In this document: positions 53,101-64,000 of the stretch, piece by piece
How positions within the stretch are numbered: position 1 is the stretch's first letter
Layout of the letters: every line of letters starts with the position of its first letter
Source of the DNA: Podarcis melisellensis
Lineage: Eukaryota
Direction: 5' to 3' (one strand)
DNA: 64,000 bases
NCBI GenBank assembly: GCA_964234715.1
Contig: OZ174278.1
Notes under the pieces: generated by a model
Told to the model about the DNA's origin: nothing
Seen by the model: only the letters and a program-made list of their open reading frames with translations
The model's database searches: none
Position numbers and translations under genes: made by a program

Positions 53101-56100
53101 GAGGGAGAGGGAGAGGGAGAGGGAGAGGGAGAGGGAGAGGGAGAGGGAGAGGGTTTGGCCACTCACCCGCCTTTAAGATTACCCCACTGATAAAACCAGC
53201 CAACAACCATTTATATGGATTATATAGATACCATTAATATGACTCCATATATATAGAAGCTCTTTATGTCCTTATTCGAAATTATCAGATCTGGAGCTTA
53301 ACAAACCTATGAGTTGTATCCAACTAAGGTTTACTCAAGAGTAAACCTACTGAAATTAATGAACATAAGTTACGACATATCCATTAATTTTAATGTGTGT
53401 ACTCAGGGTAGGACTACATCTACTTCAACTTAATCTGCCACCCATGTGACTGCCAAATCCTCTATGGCAATCTGTCTTGCAAAGATGTCTCATATGAGGT
53501 TTCACCTTTGCAAGAGCTGGTGATGAAATTCTCAAGACTTCTTGCCCCCGATTGCTTGCCCCTTCCCTCTCAAGTTTGCCACACTATTTTAATTCCACTT
53601 AGGAAAGGGTCACATTCATCTGCTCATTCTAAGCACACGTTAAGAGAGAGAAATCATATTAGGGCAAGCCCACAAGCTTACCTAAGAGCAGCAAGGCCCT
53701 CTGGTCAGCATGTATGGTGTGTTACACACTCAAGTAAGCTCACTTGCATACAAGGCATGGGTACCATCTCTCCTATGAACATATGATTGCCCATGCATGT
53801 GTCTCCATCCTCCAACCTCCCAATCTTCATCTCTCAGCTCAAGGAACATTGGCCGGAGGGGTGGGGTGGGGGAGAGAATGTCAGGAAAAGGCTTAACAGC
53901 AACTCCCTTTTTTGGCAAGAGCAACTTGAGGGGGAATTCATAGGTTACTGGAGTGAGCCCTGATAGCCAGGGGCTTGCTAGTTCAAGTGACCATTACAGC
54001 CCAGGAAGCAAGCCCCGTCTACTGCTAGTCTTTAGAAGGAAAAACCCTGTCAACAAAAAATGGAACAAATGTTCTTTAAAAAAGGGTATGTGTGTTCCAT
54101 AAATACGTCCTGAAATCCATTTTTGTGTGTGCATATTTTGTAAATGCAGCACTGCTAAAAGCTGCTATTAGCTTCGGAAATTGCTCTTTTCAGCATATTT
54201 TCAGCTCTGAGTAAAGCACTGATTAGAATTTAGACTTCTGTTGACAGAATAGCAATAGATTGTGCTATATAAAAATTACTGTCCAATCATTTTATCAGAG
54301 AAAAATTACTTGAATGTGGAACCTATGAGCACAGTACATCAATACATAACAGTTTAAGTAAATGATAATCCTAAATAAATCACTTCATTACCATTCTAAT
54401 TTTCAAAGTCAATTGCTAGCTATCTTGAAAACAAATGAGTATCCTAAGTAAGAAGTCTATTACAGGGTCTTTCCTTAAACAACTGTTTCAACAAGATATT
54501 ACAAACCATTACCATTGTTCTATTACCCAAGAATTACAAATGATACACACTACTTACGAAAATAGATCAAACCACTGCTGTTTCGTGACAGATTCCTGGC
54601 GCAAAAGCTTCAGAACAATGGGGCGCATGAAATCCCATTTGTCTTCAAACTGAAGTGAACCTTTATTCTTCAAGAAAGAAGACAGCATACTTTAAATACA
54701 GGTCAAATAAGCATTAATCTTGCAGCCCAGTCCTATATATGTTTATTCTGAATCCAGTCCATTTTGCTCATTGGAGCTTCCAATTACATGTGCACTTGGG
54801 TCCACCTGTAGTCAAATAGATCAACTAGACAACCACTTCTTTAAATAACTCATTGCATCTTACCCTGTGAAGTTTCATGATCACACCGTGTTATCTGCAA
54901 TCCTCAGGGGAACAAACTTAGTAGAAATCACAGCACATATTGGTTTTCCCAGGTTCAGACTTCAAACATATTGAACTAGCCATGTTTTAAAAATGTCCCA
55001 ATGAGAGATTCATCTCCTATCCCCCTAAGTTGTATATGATACTCCAGCAGGTACATTTAAGTAATAGTCCAGAACTTAAACAAGAAAGAAGCTTTTTAAG
55101 TCAAGAGCCACATAAAGGGGAGACAATGAAAAACTGACAAAATGCATTCTCATTGTTTTATTTATCTGCATTGTGCTGGAGGTTTTCAAACACCACTGTA
55201 ACCTTATAGCACTAGGGATATGGACTAACTTATGTAGCACATTTTAAACTTGGAAGCAGATTCTGAAGTACGAAATTCCAGGTGAGGTATGTGCACTCTG
55301 TAATCCAACCAATATCCAACAAAAGAAGGTTTGGGTCCATTTAAACACATCTGAACACAGTGCTCTATTGCTCTCAGTCTAACATATTCAGTGTGTCAAT
55401 ATTGCTGTTTTGTTGCAAAAAGGTACGGTAGGAGGAAAAATACATGCAAATATACTTGGCACTTAAAATGTGCCTGCACTGAACCCTTTTCACAAATTCT
55501 CATGTTCTTGCTGATAAAGAAACACACACAAAAAATATTCTCCTTCAAGCGAGAGTGATAGAGCTACAGTGGAAACACCACATCTACCCTGTGATCAGGA
55601 AAAGCCTATTGCAGTGGAGACAGTGGATGCAAACTGAGAGGGACAGAAATCCATGTGAGAAAACACTGTATGCAGATACAAATGACACACTGCACTAACC
55701 CAGACATTCATTCAATCAAAGCGAAAGGACTAGGTATTCAAGTTGACTAATAATGATTATTTTGATATGTTGCCATACTAGGAGTTTGGATTTTTAAGCA
55801 CTGAAAAATTAAATGCAACGATATATCATGAGCCTCAGAAATTCAAAGATCTCTGCTGGATCGGAGTGAAGGCTTGTTTCCCACAGTGGCCATCACCAGA
55901 CGCTCATGGGAAGTCCACAAGGACAATTGCTCTCTCCCACTGTTGTTCTCCAGAGACTAGCGACCAGTTTAAGAGAAGGGTTAAGACATTCACAACTTTT
56001 CCATATTTAGACGGGAGAGGAACAGGAAATTGGACGGCATTCATCCAATTTCTGCACTATGCAAGAAGCAAACACATTGTGCATTCAAACATATTGTGCT

Positions 56101-56385
56101 CACAAGTTAGACTCTATTTACCCAAACTTTCCTTTGATCTTTTTACTAAGCATGACTTCATGACTTGCCTTTAACTGGTTACTTACACAGAGACTTTAAA
56201 ACAGGGGTCTGCAACCTTTAAGACAAAAAGAGCCACTTGGACCCATTTCCGAAGAAAAAAAAACTGGGAGCCGCAAACTCGTCATTATAAAAATAACTTT
56301 TTTGTCACTTTTTAAATTATTTCTTTGTTTGACCCCTCAGAATTACTCCTCCTCATAGAAATAAAGGTTAAATTAACAAGTTACC

Positions 56386-56423
<38 letters not shown>

Positions 56424-59400
56424 CTTCACTCCCCTTCAAAACAGTGACCAGCATACATGCCTCCTTTCAATGCAGTGACCAGCGTACATGCCCCTTACAA
56501 TGTAGCGGGCGGGCGGGAAGGTGACGTTGGGACGGTGCGTGACTAACGCACGCACCGCCCCCATGCGACATCACAGCCAGTACAGCGCCCGCCGCAGTGG
56601 GGAGTGTCAGGGCGCACAATGCGCCTCCTCCCCTCGCTAGTATCCGCCCCAGAGCCGCGGCAAAGGTGTAAAAGAGCCACACGCGGCTCCAGAGGTTGCC
56701 GACCCCTGCTTTAAAAGATAGTTATCTTTATGAGGATAATGAATTTTCACAAAATTGAAATGCCAGACACTTGTAATATAACTTCCTTTACTATTCTAGG
56801 TGCATTTAAATGAGTGAGAAAAAGCAGGCGCTTCATCTCAGGGTCATGGGTTCGAGCCTATGTTGGGTAAAAGATTTCGGCATTGCAAGGGGTCCCTTCC
56901 ACATGGTCCCTTCCAACTCAACAATTATATGATTCTATGGCATCTTACGGGAGAGCAAAAAATGGCCACAAATGAAGGGAAATGTAATTGCTGCAACTTG
57001 GCTGTTCCTCAACAGTTTTCTTCAAATATAGCTAGCTTAGTTGCATTTAACGTATCAACATGGAGAAAGCCCATGCTAAATTTCAGACAATCTGAACAAA
57101 TTGCCTGGATTTTAATAACACGGAGAATGTTCTGCATTTACAATGATATAAAGTTTCATTACCTATCCACCTTAACTGTACTGGCACAATTATGCCTATA
57201 TAAAAAGTGGCCATTACCTCATTCCACACAGCAGTAATACAAAGGGACAAAAGAGAAGAATTCTAGCCAGTCTTCTAGCACAGCGTGGCAGGCAAAATTT
57301 TAGCTTTTTACCTTAAGCAACTGCAGGTAGCCTATTGTGACATGTTGCAGAACCTCAGACTCTGAATACCTTCTGCAAACATCATTTTGTCCCCATCCAC
57401 TCCAGTCTTCCTCATAGGTAGCTGAGAACAGCAGCCCTCCACCCCACCCCAGGCAAGTTGATTTGCAGTCTTTTCTAGGAAGAGAGAAACTAGCACATAA
57501 AGCACATCTACACTCTCTCTCTCTATATATATATATAATTCTACATTATTATCATTAGTAGTATTATATTTTAGAACGTGGTTTGTCTCAATGCATTCAG
57601 ATGCCACTTGAGATATCATCATCAAATTTGATGGATCCCAAGATGGAGGAGAGTTTTCGTTTATGTTTGGAAATGGCTGCAGGCCATTTTGAATCAAAAT
57701 GGTAGACAGAACCATTCCAACCTGTACCAGTTTGGACACATTTGAAGATAGTGGGAGTGGGAGGAGGTGCTATTGTCAGTGGAAGTGGAGATGCCATGAC
57801 CCTGCAACACAATGAACTGGGACACCCTGGGGGGAAATGATATTGGTGAGGAGTGGGCAGGCATGCCTGGCACAACAGTCAAGTACATACAGCAGCAGTG
57901 CAGGAGCCACCCATCAAGGGTACAAGTCTGCTGGCTGCAGAGGTTTGCTTCACCAGTGGGTTCCCTGCAAGGAACCCGCTGGTAAAGCAGCACCCACCCA
58001 CTAGGCTTTAATTCTCTTGCTCTCTGCAGTGTCTGTGGAGTGGGGGGGGAGTACAATGTCTAAATGCCCTGCTCCGCTCCTGACTGTATAGGAATTTTTA
58101 AAACCCTAAATAAGCATTAGTCCTGTAGCCAAAATGATTGGGGCTCAGGTCCAGTTTGGGTGTCGCTCAGGTTGGGGCTGATCTGGACTCTCAGATCAGG
58201 CCAATGAGAGTGTGTGCACTCACCTAAAAACAAATTACCTATTTATAAAACTCAGTAATTCTTGGTTTTATAGAATTTCTGAGCAACACTGGTTAATATC
58301 AGCTAGTAGTTAACATTTTCATACACATACATATTGCTGGGATGAACAAATTCACTATGTATATTGGCAGAGAATTTAAGAGGAACTGTTACTCAGATGT
58401 TGAGCAGATGCCAGAAGCTACTCTGATACTAAGAAAACATTTTATCTACCCATTTTATAGACCCATGACAGCATCATATGCTGTGGTTATTCATGGGAGC
58501 CTTGTACACTAAATACTAAGAATTTACTGATGTTATTGGAATCATATATGCTCCATTGACTACTAGGGTTCACATGGCTTTTTTTATCACTGTATTTGTT
58601 CTAGGAGCCAACATTATAGATGTCTGAAACATGAAAAATAAGTTCAAAGACTGCTTTAATATGGCTTCATTGCAAATCAATGGAATTCTGGTCCTATGGT
58701 TACAACACATTAGCATCTGTTTTATTGCTGCATTTTATTGCCGAAGTCAAAACTTAGGGAGTTTAGCAGGCGGTGGTGGTAGATAGGAAAGTGACAACTG
58801 TCTAATTTGCAAGACTGACTTGGGCTAGGAGATGGAGTCAAGAAGCAATGACTGGGCGACATAGGAAATCAGGGGTTATAGAGAGGCTGGGACAAGTGAT
58901 GATGGCTGCTACAGACTGCACCAGTGAGGACCCTAAGAGAGAGAAAGAAGCCACAATATATTTGTATTGTGGCTTATTCAGATGTCACTGCACTGTTGTC
59001 AATGAGACATAAAGGTAAAGGTAAAGGTACCCCTGCCCGTACGGGCCAGTCTTGACAGACTCTGGGGTTGTGCGCCCATCTCACTTAAGAGGCCATGGGC
59101 CAGCGCTGTCCGGAGACACTTCCGGGTCACGTGGCCAGCGTGACAAAGCTGCATCTGGCGAGCCAGAGCCGCACACGGAAACGCCGTTTACCTTCCCGCT
59201 GGTAAGCGGTCCCTATTTATCTACTTGCACCCGAGGGTGCTTTCGAACTGCTAGGTTGGCAGGCGCTGGGACCGAGCAGCGGGAGCGCACCCCGCCGCAG
59301 GGATTCGAACCGCCGACCTTTCGATCGGCAAGTCCTAGGCGCTGAGGCTTTAACCCACAGCGCCACCTGCGTCCCCTCAATGAGACATACTCCTATGTAA

Positions 59401-62400
59401 ATGAATACCAATTCAGCCTATAGCTGTTAGCCATACGAACACTGTCCATAATGCATTCACTTAGGCCTGGGCATCTTAACAAACCCCACAGACCCAGCAC
59501 TTGGTAGCCAATCTCAAATACCTGCCTCAGGCCTAAACAAGGAAAGGAGTTGGATTTCACCACCAGATGGAGAGGGAGGCAAAGACCAGTGGTAAGGCAG
59601 GGAATGAGGGAGGCAAAAGGACAGAAAGCCAAAAGGGAAGTTCATGACTGGGCATATTTGTCCCTTTCGTATACTTATAGCTTCTGAGTAGGAAGGAAGG
59701 GCTGATCTGCACTTGTGAGGCTGGGTGCATGTTCTCTGTAATAAGGTGAAGAAAAGGGGACTAAGTTAGAAAAACAGCCAATGGTTATTTATTTAACTTC
59801 TTGTTTCTCCTGCCCTGGTCAGAGCAAAGAACAAACTGATCTGACCTGCCTCCTGCAGACTAAGCCAAGAACCTGCCTGCGTTCAATAGAAAGACAAGAA
59901 GAAAAAATGGCTCTAGAAAGAGAGCGAGAAGTGCCTGTCTGCTAGTAGAAAGAACGGGAGAACTCCAACTAGATGGTGACGTGTAGGGAGAAACAGTGTA
60001 TTTACCGTACCTAGTTTAATAGCTCAGCCTATTCCAAAGCCACATGGTAGCATTTACAGGTAACTGGGAAGCAGTTCAGAGGTTGGGCTTTATTTGCCAA
60101 GAATGCTATTGTGCACGGATGGCAAACTTCTGTACTCTCTGGGGCAATTAAAGTTCTTCAGACTTTAAAGAGCCAGTGCCATTAAAGCCAACCATACATG
60201 GTCTGGCTCTATTACTAAGTTGACATCCCCCAGCACATACACTCAGATGGGGTGTCTTCATCATCACAGGTAATACAGATAAACTAATGTGTGTTTCCTG
60301 AAATATCCCCTCATGGGGTTGGAGTCATCAGGTGGCCAAATAAAGATACCTCCGGGAGAAGATGAGGCCCATAGGCCACTGGTTTGCAACATGCTCTAGA
60401 AAAGGGAGTTTGACAGATGGATTACAGCCATCAAGGCCTCAACATTTCAATGTGGTATCACTATATATTTCTTGGAAGACTTCTGAGGTAAGTGCCTCTT
60501 TCTAAAAGCAGCCTCATATTTCACTTCATAATCCCAGTCCTATCAAAAGTAAGATCAAAAGCATAAATATTTCAACCTGCTTGATCTTAGGTTTGAATGT
60601 ACTTAATTTTAATGTTGCAGATGTTTTTAGAGTATTGTTTCAAGAAGAAACCAATATACTTCTACATGGGCACTATTTTACATCCCTTCTCTTGGTTATA
60701 CATACCTACAAATTCAGACAAGGGCAAAACTTAAACCCCTTTCATAATTTTCAGAAAACAGTGAAAACTGAAATTTCACCTTCACGAAGCAACCTATTCT
60801 GATTATATTTTAACTTCGAAGTATCTGAATTAACTGATGGATAAATGGCATTCATTTCTCCAGTTATGAATATCTTGATGTGTACAGGAAAAAGGCATAG
60901 GTTAACTTTCACAAGAGTATACTTTCTCCTGAAAGTTATTACAATAATTTAAAAAAATCTATTTATCAACAAGAGGTAGAAAAGTAAGTCTGTTGTCCTC
61001 TCTCAACCTATCATTTGACAGCAAGATGATCAGGGGACAAGAGTTATCAAATAAGTCACTTAATACAATAACACTTTTTCAATGGCTTGGGCTTGTACAT
61101 TTTGCATAAAGCAAATAAGTTTTGGCTATTGTATTTTTATTTTGCTATAGCAAAATAGCTTATAATGTTCTCACATGTTTTTATCTCGAATTTAGGATTT
61201 TTTGCTGTATTTTTGTTTTAAACTAGAGATTTTAGTTATATTTAGCATCATAAACATCCAATAAGCAAATAATAAAATATACCTATTTGTTCTACAATCT
61301 CTTACAGCAGTGTTTAGCTTAAAACAAGTTCACCAGACATCAATTTTCAAAAAAGCTAGTGCCAGCCTGCTTAATGCATAACACCCAAGCCTGGTGATTA
61401 AATGACGATTTGTTACAATACCTATCAGGAATGAAAAACATTCTAAATTTCTTTATTTCAGTCTCAGATTTAGGGACAAAAATCAAATTTAATGGGTCAG
61501 CCACACATAAGATTGGGGGAGGGGAAAATCTTGTTTGGAGATTTCTCCAGCCCTACCCTCAATTATTGCCACTTTGCTACATACCAGGAAGGGCTAAGGC
61601 TGTATCCTCCAGATGTTGTTGGACTAGAACTCCCACCACTCCAGGCCACTGACTATGCTTGCTGTGGCTGTTGAGAGTTCACAATTTCCAGAGGGTCCCA
61701 CATTGGCTACCCTCTGCTATTCACAAACACACACAATCTTGCACACACACAAGCTGCTACATCTGTGCGTTTTAAGAATACTCTCCCCCCACGTACTCAC
61801 TCTCACTACCACCCTTCCTGCACTATTTTCCTTTGACAGCTTTTTACGCCTTTTGAGGTTTTCTTTTTTCAGCATCTCCAATCCTCAACTCAATTACAAT
61901 ACTGAGCACTTGTTTTTCTTTTATGTCCCCAAACACACTCACCCACTCACTGCCTATGCTCCTGATTTGTTATCTAATCTGTTTCCTAGCTCCAGTCCTT
62001 CTGTTCCTAGCCTGAGTTTTACCTGCCTTCTACAGCTTACCCATCCTCTGCTTTCAGTTTAATTAATAAAAGGATCCCAAACGTGGAGTGTAAGAGCACA
62101 TTAAGGTTTGTAGTATTTCATCACCCTTCTCAGTCCATGCTTCCAGTTGAAGATGGGATTCATTTACATCAGAACAAACTAGTGTTCAGAAGCAAAAGGC
62201 TGGCACTTCTTGTAGGATACATGGAGTTCAAGGGGAAAGGGCAAAGGATAGCAACTGGGAAGCAGATGTTAACTGCCCTGAGATCTTTTGATTAAGATAT
62301 ATATTAATCAAATAAATAAATAATCATAATAAATGCGCAAAGGCACCTCCAGCAGAAAATTTTGGATATGATTAAGGGGAACAAAGCGGCTGACAACAAA

Positions 62401-63192
62401 TCTGATGGGGGGGGGGGCAAAATCCAGTGGGAAGCTGTCCTGCATATGCCTCTCTTAAAACCCTTGATGGCTGGAGGAGGGTAGAGGCTGGGGTGTGGAG
62501 AATACATTTAGGACCACCATGTCTTAGAGCACTTGTCATTTTCCTCAAATGCTGTTTCTTCCCCTGCCTTTGCCCTGCAGGACACAGGGGCTGAAATCCA
62601 GAAAAACCTTGTGAAGGGAATGCAACACTCCCTTCACCTTATAAGATGTTCCAACCTTCAGGCTTGTGGCTCTACGCCTTCCTACCATGTAACCCTAACC
62701 CTGGCAGTCGGGTCTCTTTAGGCAGGCACCCAGAAGCCGATATGTTTTGCCTATGATACCTCTGCTTTGTTACGGCAGCGCTGCAATAAGCCAACGGGGG
62801 TGTTTAACTGCATCCTGCCGAGATCCAGAGCAAACTTGTCGGAAGTGCTGCTCGGTGCTTTGAAAAAAAAAAAAACACCACACACACAGCACAGCAATAT
62901 ATATATATAGCACAGCACATTACATTACATATATATAGCACAGCACATTACACTACATATATATAGCACAGTACATTTATATATATATATATATATATGC
63001 TTTTAAAAAACACACACATATATATACATACACATATATATGTATATATCCCTCCCTCTCCTTATCAGCCAGGCAGCTCCTCCCCCCATATCACCCAACC
63101 CCCAAAGGCCGGAGGTTCCCTCAGGCAGGCAAGCCGCCCAACCAGGCCGGGGGTTGCCTCTCTCTCACCTTTAACAGATTAGACGTCGCCAT
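33941..63192 (-). CDS. CUL5: Cullin-5, 19 exons, 780 aa
   Basis: Exon lengths sum to 2343 nt (780 aa + stop); MATSNLLKNKGSLQFEDKW ... IQIMKMRKK (neddylation Lys region) ... DINTFIYMA*. Confidence 0.98.
35714..35837 (-). CDS. CUL5: CUL5 exon 18
   Basis: KNAKVQKRGKINLIGRLQL...LRTQ. Confidence 0.97.
36629..36747 (-). CDS. CUL5: CUL5 exon 17
   Basis: SLVAFPKLKRQVL...NQEFSL. Confidence 0.96.
38122..38283 (-). CDS. CUL5: CUL5 exon 16
   Basis: ITFKNEVGQYDLEVTTFQ...RRTLW. Confidence 0.97.
38408..38583 (-). CDS. CUL5: CUL5 exon 15
   Basis: ILNAGAWSR...HSGRKLHWHHLMSNGI. Confidence 0.97.
38743..38866 (-). CDS. CUL5: CUL5 exon 14
   Basis: EVGMPADYVNKLARMFQDI. Confidence 0.97.
39863..40114. mobile_element. 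hAT-Charlie-like MITE
   Basis: TIR CA(C/G)GGGT..GCAAA; perfect TSD AGGTAGAC. Confidence 0.88.
40216..40347 (-). CDS. CUL5: CUL5 exon 13
   Basis: LKYVQNKDVFMRYHKAHLTRRL. Confidence 0.97.
40650..40995 (-). mobile_element. Sauria SINE
   Basis: Reverse complement of the 16667 family; TSD TTAGTGT(A/G)CAATA. Confidence 0.9.
41111..41164. repeat. (ATT)18 microsatellite
   Basis: Direct read. Confidence 0.95.
41898..42030 (-). CDS. CUL5: CUL5 exon 12
   Basis: KCPELLANYCDMLLRK cullin-homology start. Confidence 0.97.
42780..42844 (-). CDS. CUL5: CUL5 exon 11
   Basis: AYKAVVNDATIFKLELPLKQK. Confidence 0.96.
43133..43756 (+). mobile_element. Solo LTR (624 bp)
   Basis: TGTCA...TGACA termini flanked by 5-bp TSD CATGC; purine-rich body; degenerate AATAGA near the 3' end suggests + orientation. 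Confidence 0.75.
44282..44389 (-). CDS. CUL5: CUL5 exon 10
   Basis: DSEKYVEQLL...FLTARDK. Confidence 0.96.
45795..45925 (-). CDS. CUL5: CUL5 exon 9
   Basis: LHLMFSLMDKVPNGIEP...TITT. Confidence 0.97.
48233..48326 (-). CDS. CUL5: CUL5 exon 8
   Basis: LMECCVNALVTSFKETILAECQGMIKRNETE. Confidence 0.96.
48938..49103. mobile_element. hAT MITE, inverted copy of the 24739-24921 family
   Basis: AGAGCTTTCCAAAC...GTTTGGGAAGCTCTG; TSD GTTTGGAG/GCTTGGAG. Confidence 0.8.
49529..49609 (-). CDS. CUL5: CUL5 exon 7
   Basis: ADAKLKEEEKRALRYLETRRECNSVEA. Confidence 0.96.
49691..49836 (-). CDS. CUL5: CUL5 exon 6
   Basis: NLCSNPEDKLQIY...YMKY. Confidence 0.97.
50727..50868 (-). CDS. CUL5: CUL5 exon 5
   Basis: LMLDTWNESIF...VRESY. 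Confidence 0.97.
51536..51712 (-). CDS. CUL5: CUL5 exon 4
   Basis: ORF 51518-51733 RVLSHQDD...IVRK. Confidence 0.97.
52130..52229 (-). CDS. CUL5: CUL5 exon 3 (DVHGVCLWDDKGPAKIHQ...QAQA)
   Basis: LWDD SOCS-box contact motif. Confidence 0.96.
53092..53153. repeat. (GGAGAG)10 polypurine repeat
   Basis: Direct read. Confidence 0.95.
54558..54667 (-). CDS. CUL5: CUL5 exon 2 (NKGSLQFEDKWDFMRPIVLKLLRQESVTKQQWFDLF)
   Basis: Translation and splice sites. Confidence 0.96.
56202..56708. mobile_element. Young non-autonomous hAT element (507 bp) with (GT)17 and CpG-rich core
   Basis: TIR CAGGGGTC.GCAACCT; perfect TSD CTTTAAAA. Confidence 0.9.
59012..59376 (-). mobile_element. Sauria SINE, young, distinct subfamily
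   Basis: (ACCTTT)3 tail, intact B box, perfect 13-bp TSD TCAATGAGACATA. Confidence 0.92.
62885..62998. repeat. 28-bp minisatellite (AGCACAGCACATTACATTACATATATAT) with (TA)n
   Basis: Units start at 62909, 62937 and 62965. Confidence 0.85.
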
Positions 63193-63800
63193 GTTCCCCA
63201 CAAAACACACAACACAGAGTGAGAAACAGGCGCCCTTGCGGGGCCTTCACAAGCCGGCGGCGGCGGCAGCAGCTGCAACCCCGTCGTCCGGGGCTGGTTC
63301 TTCGGGCTGGGGCCGCTTTACATGGTCTCGGTCGCCCCGCGCGGGACGGAACCGTGCGGGGAGCCTCGGCTCGGCGTCCACCCGGCCCCCTCAGCCGCTG
63401 GGCCACGGGCTCCTCGCGGCTCCCCTGCCTCGGGTCTCAGCGCCTCATGGCGGAACCAGCCCAGACAGCGGGAGACTCCGGGCACTGGAAGAGGAGGAGG
63501 AGGAGAGGCGGCGGTAGCAGCGGCAGCGGCCCGGCTCCTCGCGAGGGGCTGGGCGAGCCCACATGATGCGGCGCCGAGGAGCCGGATGGCCCGCCGCCGA
63601 GAGGGGAGAGCGGCTCCGGCCCACAGCGGCCCCTGCAGGGCGGAGGCCGCGCCTGCCTCGCCTCCTGCTCTCGGGCGGAGCGCAGGCCTCGGTAGTGTTC
63701 CCTCATGCTGTGGCGAAGGCTGCCAGCTGCCCGTCTGTGTGTGTGTGTTGCTGTGGCAGCATCGTTTTTATTCGCACACCGCCTTTCCATGCTCCGAGGC
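63080..63800 (-). promoter_or_regulatory. CUL5 CpG island: promoter, 5' UTR, exon 1
   Basis: High GC/CpG content, GC boxes, surrounds the start codon. Confidence 0.88.
63169..63192 (-). CDS. CUL5: CUL5 exon 1 coding part (MATSNLLK)
   Basis: AACATGG Kozak; AAG|GTGAGA. Confidence 0.95.
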
Positions 63801-63823
63801 GACTTACCAGCATCGTCATAATG

Positions 63824-64000
63824 CAGTGGAACCTTGGTTCTCAAACTTAAATCCGTGTCAAAACCAAAGCGTTCCAAAACCAAGGCGTGCTTTCCCACAG
63901 GAAGTAATGCAAAATGGATTAATCCGTTCTAGACTTTTAAAAACAACCCTTAAAACAGCCATTTAACATGAATTTTACTATCTAACGAGACCATTGATCC
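63824..64000. mobile_element. Tigger-like element, truncated by window end
   Basis: CAGTGGAACCTTGGTT terminus related to the 13473/27128 TIRs. Confidence 0.6.

Noticed and set aside
61655-62062. 135-aa Leu/Ser/Phe-rich ORF in CUL5 intron 1
   Set aside because: Starts in a MITE relic and runs through pyrimidine-rich sequence; no homology signal
33941-63192. Possible U12-type (minor) introns in CUL5
   Set aside because: All 18 donors were read and none matches RTATCCTT; all are GT-AG U2-type
63179-63966. Several 100-214 aa ORFs in the CUL5 CpG island
   Set aside because: GC-rich stop-poor sequence giving low-complexity R/A/G/P peptides

Overview
Vertebrate genomic DNA, most likely a squamate (lacertid-like lizard, inferred from Sauria SINEs, Bov-B, L2/CR1 fragments and hAT/Tc-Mariner MITEs). 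It holds the conserved NPAT-ACAT1-CUL5 block. NPAT (+) is represented by its last 12 coding exons (161-12005; the 5' end lies outside the window). ACAT1 (-) is complete: 12 exons, ATG 27864 to TAG 14310, 415 aa. CUL5 (-) is complete: 19 exons, ATG 63192 to TAG 33941, 780 aa. All exon phases join into uninterrupted frames with GT-AG introns. Introns carry many young transposon insertions with visible TIRs/TSDs and one solo LTR. I found no novel protein-coding system. The best leads are regulatory and untested: a near-identical inverted L2 pair bracketing the in-frame ACAT1 targeting-peptide exon; a CUL5 5' leader with an ATG-TAA start-stop element and chained uORFs; an intron-encoded alternative CUL5 N-terminus; a candidate NPAT poison exon; and an in-frame ACG upstream of the ACAT1 ATG.
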